Of a DNA stretch of 64,000 nt, positions 1 through 10,470 are shown one piece after another. The position numbers were made by a program, and so were the translations under genes. The notes beneath the pieces are model-generated. The model worked only from the letters and a program-made list of their open reading frames with translations, was not told where the DNA came from and searched no databases. The stretch's first letter is position 1; every line of letters starts with the position of its first letter. The DNA comes from Limnothrix sp. BL-A-16 (GTDB lineage Bacteria; Cyanobacteriota; Cyanobacteriia; CACIAM-69d), in assembly GCA_041937175.2 (NCBI GenBank), contig CP166615.1:2208001-2272000 (forward strand), written 5' to 3'.

Positions 1-291
1 GGGTTGGAACAGTTAGCCCTGAATCTTTCGCCCTACACCCTCAGCGGTGGCCAGCAACGGCGCTTGGCTCTGGCGGTGCAACTGATTCGCCAACCCAGCA
101 TTTTGCTGTTGGACGAACCCACTGCCGGGTTGGATTGGTCTATGCGGCAACAGTTGGCCGGTTTGCTGTCGCGATTGAAGGCCCACTGGACTTTATTGGT
201 GGTCACCCATGATCCCAGTGACCTTTTGGATGTGGCCGATCGCTGTTGGCAGCTTCAGCAAGGGCAACTCACGCCCACCCCTACGGCTTAG
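1..291 (+). CDS. ABC transporter ATP-binding protein, ECF/CbiO-like (5' partial)
   Basis: ABC signature LSGGQ, Walker B LLLDEPT and H-loop VTHD; the frame runs off the window start. Confidence 0.85.
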   Translation, partial: GLEQLALNLSPYTLSGGQQRRLALAVQLIRQPSILLLDEPTAGLDWSMRQQLAGLLSRLKAHWTLLVVTHDPSDLLDVADRCWQLQQGQLTPTPTA

Positions 292-367
292 CCTTTGTCG
301 ATCGCCCCAAAGCTCAGACCCATTCAGGCATCCTCTTCGGTTCTCGATCAAGCCTTTCGCCAGGCGT

Positions 368-2131
368 TCAACAGGGCAAAGTGAGCGTAAATATGCTGCC
401 TTCGCCCACTTGGGATTGCAAATCGATCGCCCCGCCATGGGTTTCCACCACAATTTGATGGGCAATGGCCAACCCTAGGCCGGTTCCCCTGCCCACTTCT
501 TTGGTGGTGAACATATAGTCAAAAATTCGCCGCTGCACCTCAGGGGGCATCCCCGGCCCATCATCCGCAATCATAATTTGAATTCTCGACTCGATCGCCC
601 TTGTGCTGATCGTAATTTGGTGCGGCGATTGGGCTAATTCTTGAAAACTTTTGCCTTCGCTCAATTCATCGATCGCATCGATCGCGTTGGCCAAAATATT
701 CATGAAAACCTGGTTGAGTTGCCCCGGAAAACAGTTAATTTCCGGCAATTGGCCATAGTGGGTCACCACTTCAATTTTCGGTCGTTGCTCATTGGCCTTG
801 AGCCGATGTCGCAAGATCAAGACCGTACTATCAAGCCCATCATGCACATTAAAAAGTTGCTTTTCTATTCCATCGGTTCGCGAAAACGTTCTTAAACTTT
901 GGCTAATGGCAGCAATTCGATCGCCTGAATCCTTAATGGCTTGCATCACATCCGGCACATCTTGCCGCAAATAGTCCAGGTCGATCGCATCTAGTTGCTG
1001 CTCAATGGTGATGCCCGGCTCAGGAAAATTCGCTTGATAGAGATCCAAGGTTTCGATTAAATCGGTCACGTAGTTCTGCATGACACTGACATTGCCCACA
1101 ATGCACCCGATCGGGTTATTGATTTCGTGGGCTACCCCGGCCACCAAATTGCCCAAAACCGACATTTTTTCAATTTGCACCAATTGCAATTGTGTCTTTT
1201 GCAGTTGCCAGAGTGCCTGTTCTAACTCTTCAGATTTTTGGCGAATGGCCGCTTCCACAGCTTTTCGATCGCTAATATCCCGGACGATCGCCTGCAAAAT
1301 TGCCTGATCATCTATTTCCATTCGGCAAAGCTGTACTTCGGCAATAAATTCCGAGCCATCCCAGCGGGAATGTTGCCACTCAAAACGGTCATAGCCCCGG
1401 GTGAGTGCCGTCATAATATGATCAGTGGCTGCTTCGCTCGATAAGCGCCCGTTGGGTTGATATTCCGGAGAAATTTGTGAAGGATGCTTACCACAAAATT
1501 CTGATTTTGCTGGGCACTTAAAGATAGCCAACGTCGCCGAATTACAATCCACAAAGCACTTTTCGCTCAAGAGCATAATCGCATCATTATTAGACTCATA
1601 CACCGCCCGCAACCGAGATTCATTGCGCTGCACGGTTTGGTAAAGTCTTGCATGATCTAGGGCGATCGCGGCCTGGTTCGCCAAGCAATCCAAAACCATG
1701 AGTCGATCGTCCGTAAAGAGTCCCTGAGCCGATCGATGTTCCAGATATAAAATGCCCAATAGAGTCTCTTGGTTCAGCAATGGCAAGCAGAGCAAACTCT
1801 GAGGGCGATGAATCTTTAAATAATTGCCAATGACAGGCAAATCAGTGCAAAGATTTTCAATAGCAATTGGTTTTAGGTGTGTTTCTGCATATTGAATGAG
1901 CTTACTGGGCACGTCTTGGCTATGTGCAAGAGGTAACGTTGTTAGCTGCACCCCTCGAGAATCTGCCAGGGCCCGCAGTTCCCACTCACCATCTTGCAAT
2001 AGAAGCAGGGCACATTTTTCTGCGCCTGAATATTCCAGAACATGGCTGGACAACACTTGCAGCAGCTCGTTGATTTCGATGGTGCGAGCGATCGCCTGGG
2101 AAACTCGAAACAGCGTTGACAGATGAATCAT
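368..2131 (-). CDS. GAF-PAS sensor histidine kinase (orphan)
   Basis: N-terminal GAF, PAS/PAC (…IVRDISDRK), H-box VAHEINNP, N-box NILANAIDA, G boxes DDGPG and GTGLGL. Confidence 0.9.
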   Translation of the reverse strand: MIHLSTLFRVSQAIARTIEINELLQVLSSHVLEYSGAEKCALLLLQDGEWELRALADSRGVQLTTLPLAHSQDVPSKLIQYAETHLKPIAIENLCTDLPVIGNYLKIHRPQSLLCLPLLNQETLLGILYLEHRSAQGLFTDDRLMVLDCLANQAAIALDHARLYQTVQRNESRLRAVYESNNDAIMLLSEKCFVDCNSATLAIFKCPAKSEFCGKHPSQISPEYQPNGRLSSEAATDHIMTALTRGYDRFEWQHSRWDGSEFIAEVQLCRMEIDDQAILQAIVRDISDRKAVEAAIRQKSEELEQALWQLQKTQLQLVQIEKMSVLGNLVAGVAHEINNPIGCIVGNVSVMQNYVTDLIETLDLYQANFPEPGITIEQQLDAIDLDYLRQDVPDVMQAIKDSGDRIAAISQSLRTFSRTDGIEKQLFNVHDGLDSTVLILRHRLKANEQRPKIEVVTHYGQLPEINCFPGQLNQVFMNILANAIDAIDELSEGKSFQELAQSPHQITISTRAIESRIQIMIADDGPGMPPEVQRRIFDYMFTTKEVGRGTGLGLAIAHQIVVETHGGAIDLQSQVGEGSIFTLTLPC

Positions 2132-2408
2132 GGTTAGGGGCTTGATTCTGTCGGTAAGGGCTTAAATAATCAACGTCCGTAGCCAATTCACTTCAACAAG
2201 CAACAAAAATTTGTCAGTCAATATTCAAGACAAGAAGAGATGCCGATCACAAACTGCATATGGAAATATACTCAATATACAAGAATACACAGATAATGTA
2301 TAAAGATCGATTTTCTTGCACAAAAAGCGAAACAAGAAAAATCTACAAGAAAGCTTTAAAAATATTTATCTCGAATTAAACCTAGGCTAATCATTTTGGC
2401 ATTCATTA

Positions 2409-2539
2409 GAGAATATTTGAAAAGTATCTTTCGACCCGTACCAAACACCAATAGTTGTGGGGGCAAGATGCTCAAGCCCCTTGTCTATGTCGATCACTGG
2501 AGCGTACAGAGTAGCAATTTTGGCTTTTCAGACATCCTC
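2409..2539. mobile_element. MITE family A, copy 1 (~131 bp)
   Basis: Terminal inverted repeats GAGAATATTTGAAAAG…CTTTTCAGACATCCTC with TTA on both flanks; colinear with copies at 6375 and 12362. Confidence 0.8.
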
Positions 2540-3154
2540 TTAAGATTGCTGTTGATGATGATTTGAATTCCAGGTTCAAATGATTTTTTGTGGCAACGAT
2601 CATTTGAGCGATAGTTTAGCCGTCAGCCAGAGCTGTGATCGCAAGCTGCCTTGGGTTTCTTGGTTGTTCATCAACAAACATGAGGATTCAGGATGATCCG
2701 TGGCGATCGATCCGTGAATTGCTGATCCGTGAATGGTTGATCAGTCAATTTTGGACTGATCTGGTCAAGAGGATAAGCGCGATCGAGCAGTTGACAAGGC
2801 TGATGAGTGAACGATCAGACAATTGTCAGTGCTGATATTTTGAGTGCCGATTAAAGCATCAACTTCGAGTTTTAATGAGGTCTGAGAAGTATAAAGAATT
2901 GCGGCCGCTTGGGATATTGATCGAGATCACTAGGAATTGTGACCCTATCGATTGGGATTTAACCCCTTGCTGAGGAGCAAACCAACTGAATCCGAAATGT
3001 GGATTGGACAATCGCCCGATCGGGATGAGGCCAGCGGGTGATGGGGCTGGGGCGGCCCGATCGCACCAAATCTGCGACAAAATAGGGAAATCCTGACCGT
3101 TGTGGCCCTGCCTTTGGATCGGTGGATCCAGTGGATTAACGTGGATTAACCTTG

Positions 3155-3892
3155 ATGACCCTCGCTTTTGACGAACAGACGAATCAGCGTCTGGCTGAAA
3201 CCATTGACCTGGCCCAATACATTGACCATGCGCTGTTGCACCCGGCGGCGGGGCCGCAGCATGTGGAACAGTGGTGCGCGGAGGCCGATCGCTTTGGTTT
3301 TGCGGGTGTTTGTGTGATGCCCACCCATGTACGCCAGGCGGTGTCCTTGTTGCACAATCGGCAACCGGTGGTGATTTGCCCGATCGGGTTTCCATCCGGA
3401 GCCACCACCACCCGAACCAAGTGCGTGGAAGCAGAAGAAGCCCTGGAGCAGGGGGCGCGGGAGTTGGAGGTGATGCTGAATCTGGGTTGGCTGAAGGCCG
3501 GTGCGGCCGACGCGGTGCATCGGGAAATTGCGGAAATTGTGGAGATGGCCAGCGCCAGCGCGTTGGTGAAGGTGATTTTGGAGTGGTCGCTGCTGGAGGC
3601 GGCAGAGCGACAGTTGGCGGTGGAAATTGCCATGGATGCGGGGGCGGCATTCCTGAAAACCCACACGGGCTGGAATGGGGGCGTGTCGATCGAGGATGTG
3701 CGGTTGTTGAAGGATTGGACCCGGGGCCGGATTGGGATTAAGGCGGCCGGCGGCATCCACACCACGGATCAGGCGATCGCCCTGATTGAGGCCGGGGCCA
3801 CCCGTTTGGGCACATCGCGCGGGGTGGACTTCTTGCGGCGCGATCGAGCGGCCGGTTGGGCTGCCGAAACGGAGGAGCCGCCCACCGCATGA
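3155..3892 (+). CDS. deoC: deoxyribose-phosphate aldolase
   Basis: [32 protein letters not shown] and RLGTS motifs. Confidence 0.95.
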   Translation: MTLAFDEQTNQRLAETIDLAQYIDHALLHPAAGPQHVEQWCAEADRFGFAGVCVMPTHVRQAVSLLHNRQPVVICPIGFPSGATTTRTKCVEAEEALEQGARELEVMLNLGWLKAGAADAVHREIAEIVEMASASALVKVILEWSLLEAAERQLAVEIAMDAGAAFLKTHTGWNGGVSIEDVRLLKDWTRGRIGIKAAGGIHTTDQAIALIEAGATRLGTSRGVDFLRRDRAAGWAAETEEPPTA

Positions 3893-4791
3893 ACCATTCC
3901 CGCACCTACCCGGCGACGGGCATCAACCTCAAGGGCGTGCCGTTGGGGGAGTCGGATCTGTTGCTGACGATTTTGACCTTGGAATTTGGGTTAATTCGGG
4001 CAGTGGCCCCCGGCGCACGCAAGCCGAAATCAAAAATTGGGGGCCGCAGCAATCTGTTTGTGGTGAATGAGCTGCTCGTGAACCGTGGGCGCAGTCTCGA
4101 TCGCATTGCTCAAGCCCAATCGATCACGGCCTATGCGGGTCTCACAAGGGATTTGGGGAAGCTGATCACGGCTCAATATTGGGCCGAGTTGGCCTTGGCC
4201 CAGGCCTTGGATGGCCATCCCCAACCGGATTTGTTCACAACCCTGAATGAGGATCTCCATGATTTGGAGGCGCTGCCTTTACCGAGCGATCGAGTGGCGG
4301 CCTTGGGTCAGTTGTTGCCAATCCTCTGCGCCGGGATTGGTCGCCTGTTGGCGGTGGCGGGAGTGGCTCCGCAGTTGGGCCAGTGCAATTTAACGGAACG
4401 CCCGATCGCCCCCGATTGGACAGATCCCCATTGGCGGGTGGGGTTCAGTGCCGCTGCGGGCGGAGCGATCGACCTGGCGGCCCTGGACAATCCGGAGGCC
4501 ATGGCCTGGCTGGCGGCGCGACAACCCACAAGGGTGCTGCCCAGCTCGGGAGTCTCCGTCAAGTTTTCGCCCTTGCGCTTAACGGCCACCGAGTGGCAAA
4601 GCCTGAATGATTTATTTGCAGCATCACCACCGAGCGATCGGGCAACCTTGGCCGATCCCCTGCGCCATTGGCAGCGGCTGGAGCGTCTGTTACGGCACTA
4701 TGCCCAATATCATTTTGGACAGGGGATTCGATCGGCCAAATCCCTGGAAACCTACCTGAACACGGCCCTGGCCCCGCCTGCTTTGGTGTAA
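3889..4791 (+). CDS. recO: DNA repair protein RecO
   Basis: N-terminal OB fold ([12 protein letters not shown]…[15 protein letters not shown]); ATGA overlap with the deoC stop. Confidence 0.92.
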   Translation: MNHSRTYPATGINLKGVPLGESDLLLTILTLEFGLIRAVAPGARKPKSKIGGRSNLFVVNELLVNRGRSLDRIAQAQSITAYAGLTRDLGKLITAQYWAELALAQALDGHPQPDLFTTLNEDLHDLEALPLPSDRVAALGQLLPILCAGIGRLLAVAGVAPQLGQCNLTERPIAPDWTDPHWRVGFSAAAGGAIDLAALDNPEAMAWLAARQPTRVLPSSGVSVKFSPLRLTATEWQSLNDLFAASPPSDRATLADPLRHWQRLERLLRHYAQYHFGQGIRSAKSLETYLNTALAPPALV

Positions 4792-4865
4792 TTCTCCACA
4801 AACCACCGGTTTAGGGCCCGTTGCCGACTCGATTCCATCGCTTGCCATCTTTTCCCCGATCGCCC

Positions 4866-6386
4866 ATGTCCCCCACTTCGTCCCAACCCGACACGCCCCC
4901 AGCGGAACTGCACAAGAGCCAACCGGCCCCCCAACCGTTGCCCCTGAAAAAGCGGCTCACGGAAGAGGTGGACGAGTTGGCCGAACTGGTGCTGCATGGG
5001 GCGGGCCATGATCAGGCGGCGATCGAGGCAGCTCGCCTGGCCAAGGAGAAAGGACTCGAACCCGCCTCCGCCGATCCCGAAGAAACGGGATTTTTGCCGG
5101 TGCTGAAAAATCGCAACTTCCTGGCCCTGTGGAGTGGGCAAGTGTTTTCGCAACTGGCAGATAAGGTTTATCTGATCATGGCGATCTCAATCGTGGCCGC
5201 CCGGTTCCAAGAACCCGGCCAAACCATCAGCGGCTGGGTTTCCGCCATCACGATCGCCTTCACGATTCCGGCCGTGTTGTTCGGTTCCCTGGCGGGAATT
5301 TATGTCGATCGATGGCAAAAACAAACGGTGCTGGTGGTCACCAATGTGGTGCGCGGGCTGTTGGTGTTGGCCTTGCCGGTGGTGTTGGCCCTGACGGCCG
5401 ATGGCCCGGAGGTGATGGGCATCCCGATCGGCTTTGGGGCCCTGTTGGCCATGACCTTTTGCGTTTCCACCCTCACCCAATATTTTGCCCCCGCCGAGCA
5501 AGCCACCATTCCCCTGATCGTGCCACCGCAACACCTGCTGTCGGCCAACTCTCTCTACACCACCACCATGATGGCCTCCACGATCGTCGGGTTTGCCGTG
5601 GGGGAACCGCTGCTGGCCCTGGCCAATCATCTGGTTGCTCGTTGGGGGCTAGGGGAAAACTTGGGCCAAGAACTGCTAATTGGCGGCAGCTACGCGATCG
5701 CGGGTGGCCTGTTGCTGTGGATGAAAACCGGCGAAGCTCCCGAAGACCACACGATCGAACGCCCCCACGTCCTGGACGATTTGCGCGACGGGTTTCGCTA
5801 TCTGCTCGATCGCCCCATGATCCGCAACGCCCTGATTCAACTCACGATCCTGTTTTCGATCTTCGCGGCCCTGGCGGTTTTGGCCGTGCGGATGGCGGAA
5901 GTGATCCCCGACATCAAAGCCTCCCAATTTGGGTTGCTGTTGGCGGCCGGGAGCGCAGGCTTGGGGGTAGGAGCCTTGCTGCTCGGTCAATTTGGCAGCC
6001 GCTGGCCCTACACCCGATCGGCCCTCTTCGGTTCCTTTGGCATGGGAGCGGCCCTCGTGGCCCTCGCCAGCACCGCCACCCACCTCTGGGGCGCAGTGAC
6101 CGCGATCGTCTGTCTGGGAGCCGCCGCCGCCTTCGTGGGCATCCCCATGCAAACCACCATCCAGCACGAAACCCCCGAGGAAATGCGCGGCAAAGTCTTT
6201 GGCTTACAAAACAACGCCGTAAACGTGGCCCTCAGTTTGCCCCTGGCCCTCTCCAGCGTGGCCGAAGCCTATTGGGGGTTGCCTGCGGTGCTGCTGTTGT
6301 TGGCCGTTTTGGCAATCGCAGGCGGCGTAGCAACCTGGTATATTTCCGTTACGAGTTTGCAGCGATCGACCTCAGAGGATGTTTGA
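4866..6386 (+). CDS. MFS transporter (cyanobacterial, follows recO)
   Basis: About 12 hydrophobic segments; motifs NRNFLALWSGQVFSQLAD, GIYVDRW and MRGKVFG. Confidence 0.88.
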   Translation: MSPTSSQPDTPPAELHKSQPAPQPLPLKKRLTEEVDELAELVLHGAGHDQAAIEAARLAKEKGLEPASADPEETGFLPVLKNRNFLALWSGQVFSQLADKVYLIMAISIVAARFQEPGQTISGWVSAITIAFTIPAVLFGSLAGIYVDRWQKQTVLVVTNVVRGLLVLALPVVLALTADGPEVMGIPIGFGALLAMTFCVSTLTQYFAPAEQATIPLIVPPQHLLSANSLYTTTMMASTIVGFAVGEPLLALANHLVARWGLGENLGQELLIGGSYAIAGGLLLWMKTGEAPEDHTIERPHVLDDLRDGFRYLLDRPMIRNALIQLTILFSIFAALAVLAVRMAEVIPDIKASQFGLLLAAGSAGLGVGALLLGQFGSRWPYTRSALFGSFGMGAALVALASTATHLWGAVTAIVCLGAAAAFVGIPMQTTIQHETPEEMRGKVFGLQNNAVNVALSLPLALSSVAEAYWGLPAVLLLLAVLAIAGGVATWYISVTSLQRSTSEDV

Positions 6387-6504
6387 AAAGTATTCTTTGG
6401 CACGGGCAAGCACCAATAGCCGCAGGGACAAGGGGCTTAAGCCCCTTGTCTAAGTCGATCACTGGGGCGTACAGAGTAGCAATTTTGGCTTTTCAGACAT
6501 CCTC
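6375..6504. mobile_element. MITE family A, copy 2 (~130 bp), overlapping the MFS gene stop
   Basis: GAGGATGTTTGAAAAG…CTTTTCAGACATCCTC termini; central perfect palindrome GACAAGGGGCTTAAGCCCCTTGTC. Confidence 0.85.
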
Positions 6505-6528
6505 TAAGCGCTCCCCCGGTATGCATTT

Positions 6529-6752
6529 TGTTGCTGAATTTGTGTTATTGAATTTGTGTTGTTGAATTTCTGCTGCTGAGTTTGTGTTGTTGAGTTTGTG
6601 TTGCTAAATTCTTGTTGCTAAATTCTTGTTGTTGAGTTTGTGTTTTTGAGCTTGTGTTACTAAATTCTTGTTGTTGAATTTGTGTTGCTGAATTCTTGCT
6701 GTTGAACTCTTGTTTTTAAATCTCTGTTGTTAAATTTCCGTTGTTGAGTTCC
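6529..6752. repeat. tandem array, 16 copies of a degenerate 14-bp unit (TGTTGYTRARTTYK)
   Basis: Units read directly: tgttgctgaatttg, tgttattgaatttg, tgttgttgaatttc, … cgttgttgagttcc. Confidence 0.9.
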
Positions 6753-6819
6753 TCTTGATTGGGTGAATTCACCAATTCATTAGCCCAATCATTTTCGCTA
6801 ATTCAGGTTTCCGGATTCC

Positions 6820-7965
6820 ATGCACGTCGCTTGGTTGGGTAAACGATCTCCATTTTGCGGCAACGTCACCTACAGCCGAGAGATCACGAACGCATTACGC
6901 GATCGGGGGCACGAGGTGAGCTTTTTACACTTTGCCCAAGAAGAAGAAACCGAAGACGAAGCACAGCGGGATGTGAAAGAAGTCCCGCTTCCCTATCTCT
7001 ATAAATCCCAAATTTATACGTTGCCCACCTTTGGGGCCAGCAAGGTTTTGACGCAATCTCTCACCCGGTTGCGTCCCCATTTGCTCCATGCATCCTTGAC
7101 CCTTTCGCCGTTGGATTTTGTTTTGCCAGAAATTTGCGACGAATTACAATTGCCGCTAATTTCCACCTTTCACCCTGCTTTCGATCAAAAATTACGCAAT
7201 TTCACCTCCGGCACTCAACAGCTAACCTATCAACTCTATGCACCCTTTTTAGCTAGCTATGACTGCACGATCGTCTTCTCCCAAATTCAGCGCGATATGC
7301 TGATCAAGCTGGGGGTTGAGGGCGATCGAGTGGCGGTGATTCCCAATGGAGTTGATGTGCTCAAATATGCCCCCGGCCCCTCGCCAGTGAAACGGGAATT
7401 GGGGTGCGATCGCCTCTTTGTCTATGTGGGCCGTCTGGCACAAGAGAAAAACGTTGAACCCCTGCTCAAGGCTTGGAAAAAAGCGAAAATGCCCAGCCAT
7501 TGCAAACTGGCGATCGTTGGCAGCGGCCCCCTGAAAGCCTCCCTCCAAGCGTTCTATGGCCCCGAGCATGGGGTGGAATGGATGGGCTATGTGGCTAACG
7601 AAAGTCGCCGGATCGACATCTTGCGGGCCGCCGATGTGTTTGTGCTGCCCTCATTAGTGGAAGGGTTGTCTCTCTCGTTGCTGGAGGCGATGGCCTGCGG
7701 GGTTGCTTGTTTGGCAACCGAGGTGGGGGCCGATGGCGAGGCGATCGAACAGGGAGCCGGAATTCGCCTCAATCCGCAAAAAGTCTATGGACAATTGCGA
7801 ACCTTGCTGCCCATGCTGGCAGAACATGAGGAAATCACCGCCTTGCTGGGCCAGCGGGCCCGGGAGCGTGTTTTGGAGCGCTACACCCTCGATCGCAACC
7901 TCAACCAACTCGAAGCCCTTTACGGGGAAATTTTGAAACGGAAGCGATCGCCTCTGGTGCGTTAG
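6820..7965 (+). CDS. glycosyltransferase family 4 protein
   Basis: IPNGVD, YVGRLAQEKN and VFVLPSLVEGLSLSLLEAMACG. Confidence 0.92.
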   Translation: MHVAWLGKRSPFCGNVTYSREITNALRDRGHEVSFLHFAQEEETEDEAQRDVKEVPLPYLYKSQIYTLPTFGASKVLTQSLTRLRPHLLHASLTLSPLDFVLPEICDELQLPLISTFHPAFDQKLRNFTSGTQQLTYQLYAPFLASYDCTIVFSQIQRDMLIKLGVEGDRVAVIPNGVDVLKYAPGPSPVKRELGCDRLFVYVGRLAQEKNVEPLLKAWKKAKMPSHCKLAIVGSGPLKASLQAFYGPEHGVEWMGYVANESRRIDILRAADVFVLPSLVEGLSLSLLEAMACGVACLATEVGADGEAIEQGAGIRLNPQKVYGQLRTLLPMLAEHEEITALLGQRARERVLERYTLDRNLNQLEALYGEILKRKRSPLVR

Positions 7966-7972
7966 TGAACAA

Positions 7973-8025
7973 GCAAAGGGTAAAAGGCAAAAAGTAAAAA
8001 GCAAAGGGTAAAAGGTAAAAAGCAA
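7973..8025. repeat. heptameric short tandem repeats (STRR-like, GYAAARR)
   Basis: gcaaagg-gtaaaag-gcaaaaa-gtaaaaa-gcaaagg-gtaaaag-gtaaaaa. Confidence 0.7.
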
Positions 8026-8094
8026 GCAGTCGGTAAAAACGAAAAGTCAGAAGTTCAATTCAATTCAACAGTCCACATACTGGGAACCTTGCCC

Positions 8095-9003
8095 ATGTTC
8101 CAGTTACCCCGAAAATCCCTGAGCGATCGCCAATGGGCCCTGCTCACGCCCTATCTATTCCTGCTGCCGGCCCTGGTCGTCCTGACCATCACCACCTTTT
8201 ATCCAGCCCTCCAAGCCTTTTACCTCAGCTTCACGCGCTATGACTACGACCTGACCGAAGCACCGCGCTGGGTGGGCGGGGCCAACTTCCTGCGCCTGTG
8301 GGGCGATCGGCTGTTTTGGAAAACCCTGGGCCAAACGATCATCTACCTACTAACCGTCGTCCCCATCCTGACGATCGCCCCCTTGGGTTTGGCCATTTTG
8401 GTAAACCAAAAATTGGCGGGGATTCGTTGGTTTCGTGCTGCCTATTATGTGCCCGTGATTGTGTCGAGCGTGGTGGCCGGCATTGCCTGGAATTGGATGT
8501 ATGCGGAAAATGGCCTGCTGAACCAACTGTTCACCGGACTTGGCCTTGTTTCTCGTCCCATTCCCTGGCTGACCAGTCCCCAATGGGCCCTTTGGAGCGT
8601 GATGGCCGTTACGGTCTGGAAAGGCCTCGGCTATTACATGGTGGTTTATTTAGCCGGACTGCAAGCCATTCCCGCCGACCTTTACGAAGCTGCCGCCCTC
8701 GATGGCTCCGATGGTTGGCGCAAACATTGGGATATTACGGTTCCGTTGATGCGCCCCTACTGGCTGTTGGTGGCCACCATTTCCGCCATTTCCGCCACCA
8801 AGGTCTTTGAAGAAGTGTTCATCATGACCCAAGGCGGCCCCCGCAGCAGCTCTAAAACCGTGGTCTATTACCTCTATGAACAGGCCTTTGAAAACCTAGA
8901 AATGAGCTATGCCTGCGCGATCGGGCTAGTGTTGTTCCTGCTGGTTTTGGGCTTTTCAACCCTGCGGCTGTTGATTCCCAACCAAGCACCCACCAATCCC
9001 TAA
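8095..9003 (+). CDS. carbohydrate ABC transporter permease (LacF/UgpA-like)
   Basis: Six TM segments and EAA loop LYEAAALDGSDGWRKHWDITVPLM. Confidence 0.9.
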   Translation: MFQLPRKSLSDRQWALLTPYLFLLPALVVLTITTFYPALQAFYLSFTRYDYDLTEAPRWVGGANFLRLWGDRLFWKTLGQTIIYLLTVVPILTIAPLGLAILVNQKLAGIRWFRAAYYVPVIVSSVVAGIAWNWMYAENGLLNQLFTGLGLVSRPIPWLTSPQWALWSVMAVTVWKGLGYYMVVYLAGLQAIPADLYEAAALDGSDGWRKHWDITVPLMRPYWLLVATISAISATKVFEEVFIMTQGGPRSSSKTVVYYLYEQAFENLEMSYACAIGLVLFLLVLGFSTLRLLIPNQAPTNP

Positions 9004-9067
9004 GCCCCTTGTCCCCACGATCGCCTCACGGTGAAATCCAGATTTCAGACTATCCGACGATCGGTTC
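9001..9067. mobile_element. half copy of MITE family B
   Basis: taagccccttgtccccacgatc…cggtgaaatc…cgacga…ctag matches the right half of 54692-54833. Confidence 0.6.
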
Positions 9068-10290
9068 TAGTCCGGTAACTGGTATTGCTCCACAATTTTT
9101 TGGGCATAGGCCGGCACATGCTCCGCTAGCTTTTCAGGATAGTGGCGCTTTACGTAGAGATAGTTGCGCGTGAAGTGGGAGTCGATCGAGAAGCGAGCAT
9201 ATTCCAGCCCCTTGGGCCCCACCCGCTCAATCACCAAACCCATCAACTTAGCCGCCCACATGGGAATCGTGACCCCCTTGTCATAGGCGGGAATGCTGTT
9301 TTGGACGGCGGCCCGGCGCTCCCCTTGGGACATCACCGGCTGGGTTTCGATTTGGTCGCGCACCATCTCCAACAGCTCGCGGCCCGTTTCATTACGCACC
9401 ACCAACCATTGCCAGCCAAAGGGCGCACCCATGTAGCCCACCACCAAGTCCGCAAGGGAGTTGACGTAATCAAAACAGGTCATGCAGGAGGGGGCAAACA
9501 CGTCCTTTAATTGGTCGGTTTTTAGGCCAAAGAAGGGAACCGTTTCCGTGGAACCGTCTTCGTGCTTGAAATGCACTCGGAAATCCTGCATGAACTCGTA
9601 ATAAACCACGGTGTCGGGCGATCGGCTGGTGGTGTCCAGGAATTTTTGCAGGCCGGCCCGGGTCACGTTGTCCACACAGGGCGTACCAAGTACATAGAGC
9701 TTTTCGAGGCCCAGTTTGTCTTGAACCGCTCGCAGGGCTTGGATTTGGCAGCCCACCCCAATCACCAACAACCGCTTCATGCCCGATTGTTCAATCTGTT
9801 CCAAAACGGAGAGGTTGGGCGAAAGGGTGGGTTTGTTTACCCGGGCGGCCAAGATTTCTTCGGGGGTGGTGGCAATCACCGGTTGGGGCTGGAAGCGATC
9901 TTCCGGAGTGTTTTGCACACAGACGACCCCTTCCACTTTGCCGCTGGTGAGCATGGCGATCGCGATCGAGCTAACGATGCCAGTCCATTGGGCCCCCTCG
10001 ATCGGCTCGGTTTTGCGCGCGGCCATCATTTCCTGATGCACGCCGAAGTAGATGTCATCTTCGACTTCCAGATCGCGGCTGCGGCCGTGGGCCTGGGTTT
10101 CCAGCTCGGCAATCTGTTGATTAATGAAGGCGCAGGCCTCTTTGACGTAATGCACATAGTAGGTGTCGCACAGACCGCATTCACTGCACAAATCCTTGGC
10201 GGGGCGACGGCTACCGGGCTTGAGGGCGCGGGCTTTTTTGTGGCCGAGGGGTGCTTGACCGGATTCGGAGGGTGATGAGGCGAGGGTCAT
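9067..10290 (-). CDS. bciB: ferredoxin-dependent 3,8-divinyl chlorophyllide reductase (FrhB family)
   Basis: KALKPGSRRPAKDLCSECGLCDTYY, GVGCQ, GTPCVDN and SCMTCFDY cysteine motifs typical of cyanobacterial BciB. Confidence 0.85.
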   Translation of the reverse strand: MTLASSPSESGQAPLGHKKARALKPGSRRPAKDLCSECGLCDTYYVHYVKEACAFINQQIAELETQAHGRSRDLEVEDDIYFGVHQEMMAARKTEPIEGAQWTGIVSSIAIAMLTSGKVEGVVCVQNTPEDRFQPQPVIATTPEEILAARVNKPTLSPNLSVLEQIEQSGMKRLLVIGVGCQIQALRAVQDKLGLEKLYVLGTPCVDNVTRAGLQKFLDTTSRSPDTVVYYEFMQDFRVHFKHEDGSTETVPFFGLKTDQLKDVFAPSCMTCFDYVNSLADLVVGYMGAPFGWQWLVVRNETGRELLEMVRDQIETQPVMSQGERRAAVQNSIPAYDKGVTIPMWAAKLMGLVIERVGPKGLEYARFSIDSHFTRNYLYVKRHYPEKLAEHVPAYAQKIVEQYQLPD

Positions 10291-10470
10291 GGCAACAGGC
10301 GGGCGTTGAGCATTGACGTGCGGTTTTTATTGTTTCATGGGCGATCGCTCCTGGTAACGGGAAATCAACAACCCGCAATGTTCAGCAACGAAGCAGCAAG
10401 GGAGTCGTGATCCCATCGCTGATTCATCGCTAGTCCAAACACAATCCAGGCCAGGGCGATCACGGCGAGA

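Noticed and set aside
2635..2835. 66-aa ORF in the spacer upstream of deoC
   Set aside because: No motif, and partly built from short local repeats (gatccgtg); support is insufficient.
5312..6565. 417-aa alternative-frame ORF and similar long overlapping ORFs (e.g. 2859-3650, 37473-38237, 56024-56785)
   Set aside because: These Arg/Pro/Gly-rich shadows are expected from GC-rich codon usage within well-supported genes.
6529..6752. possible CRISPR or coding repeat
   Set aside because: The 14-bp units are contiguous with no spacers, the period is not a multiple of 3, and no ORF spans the array.
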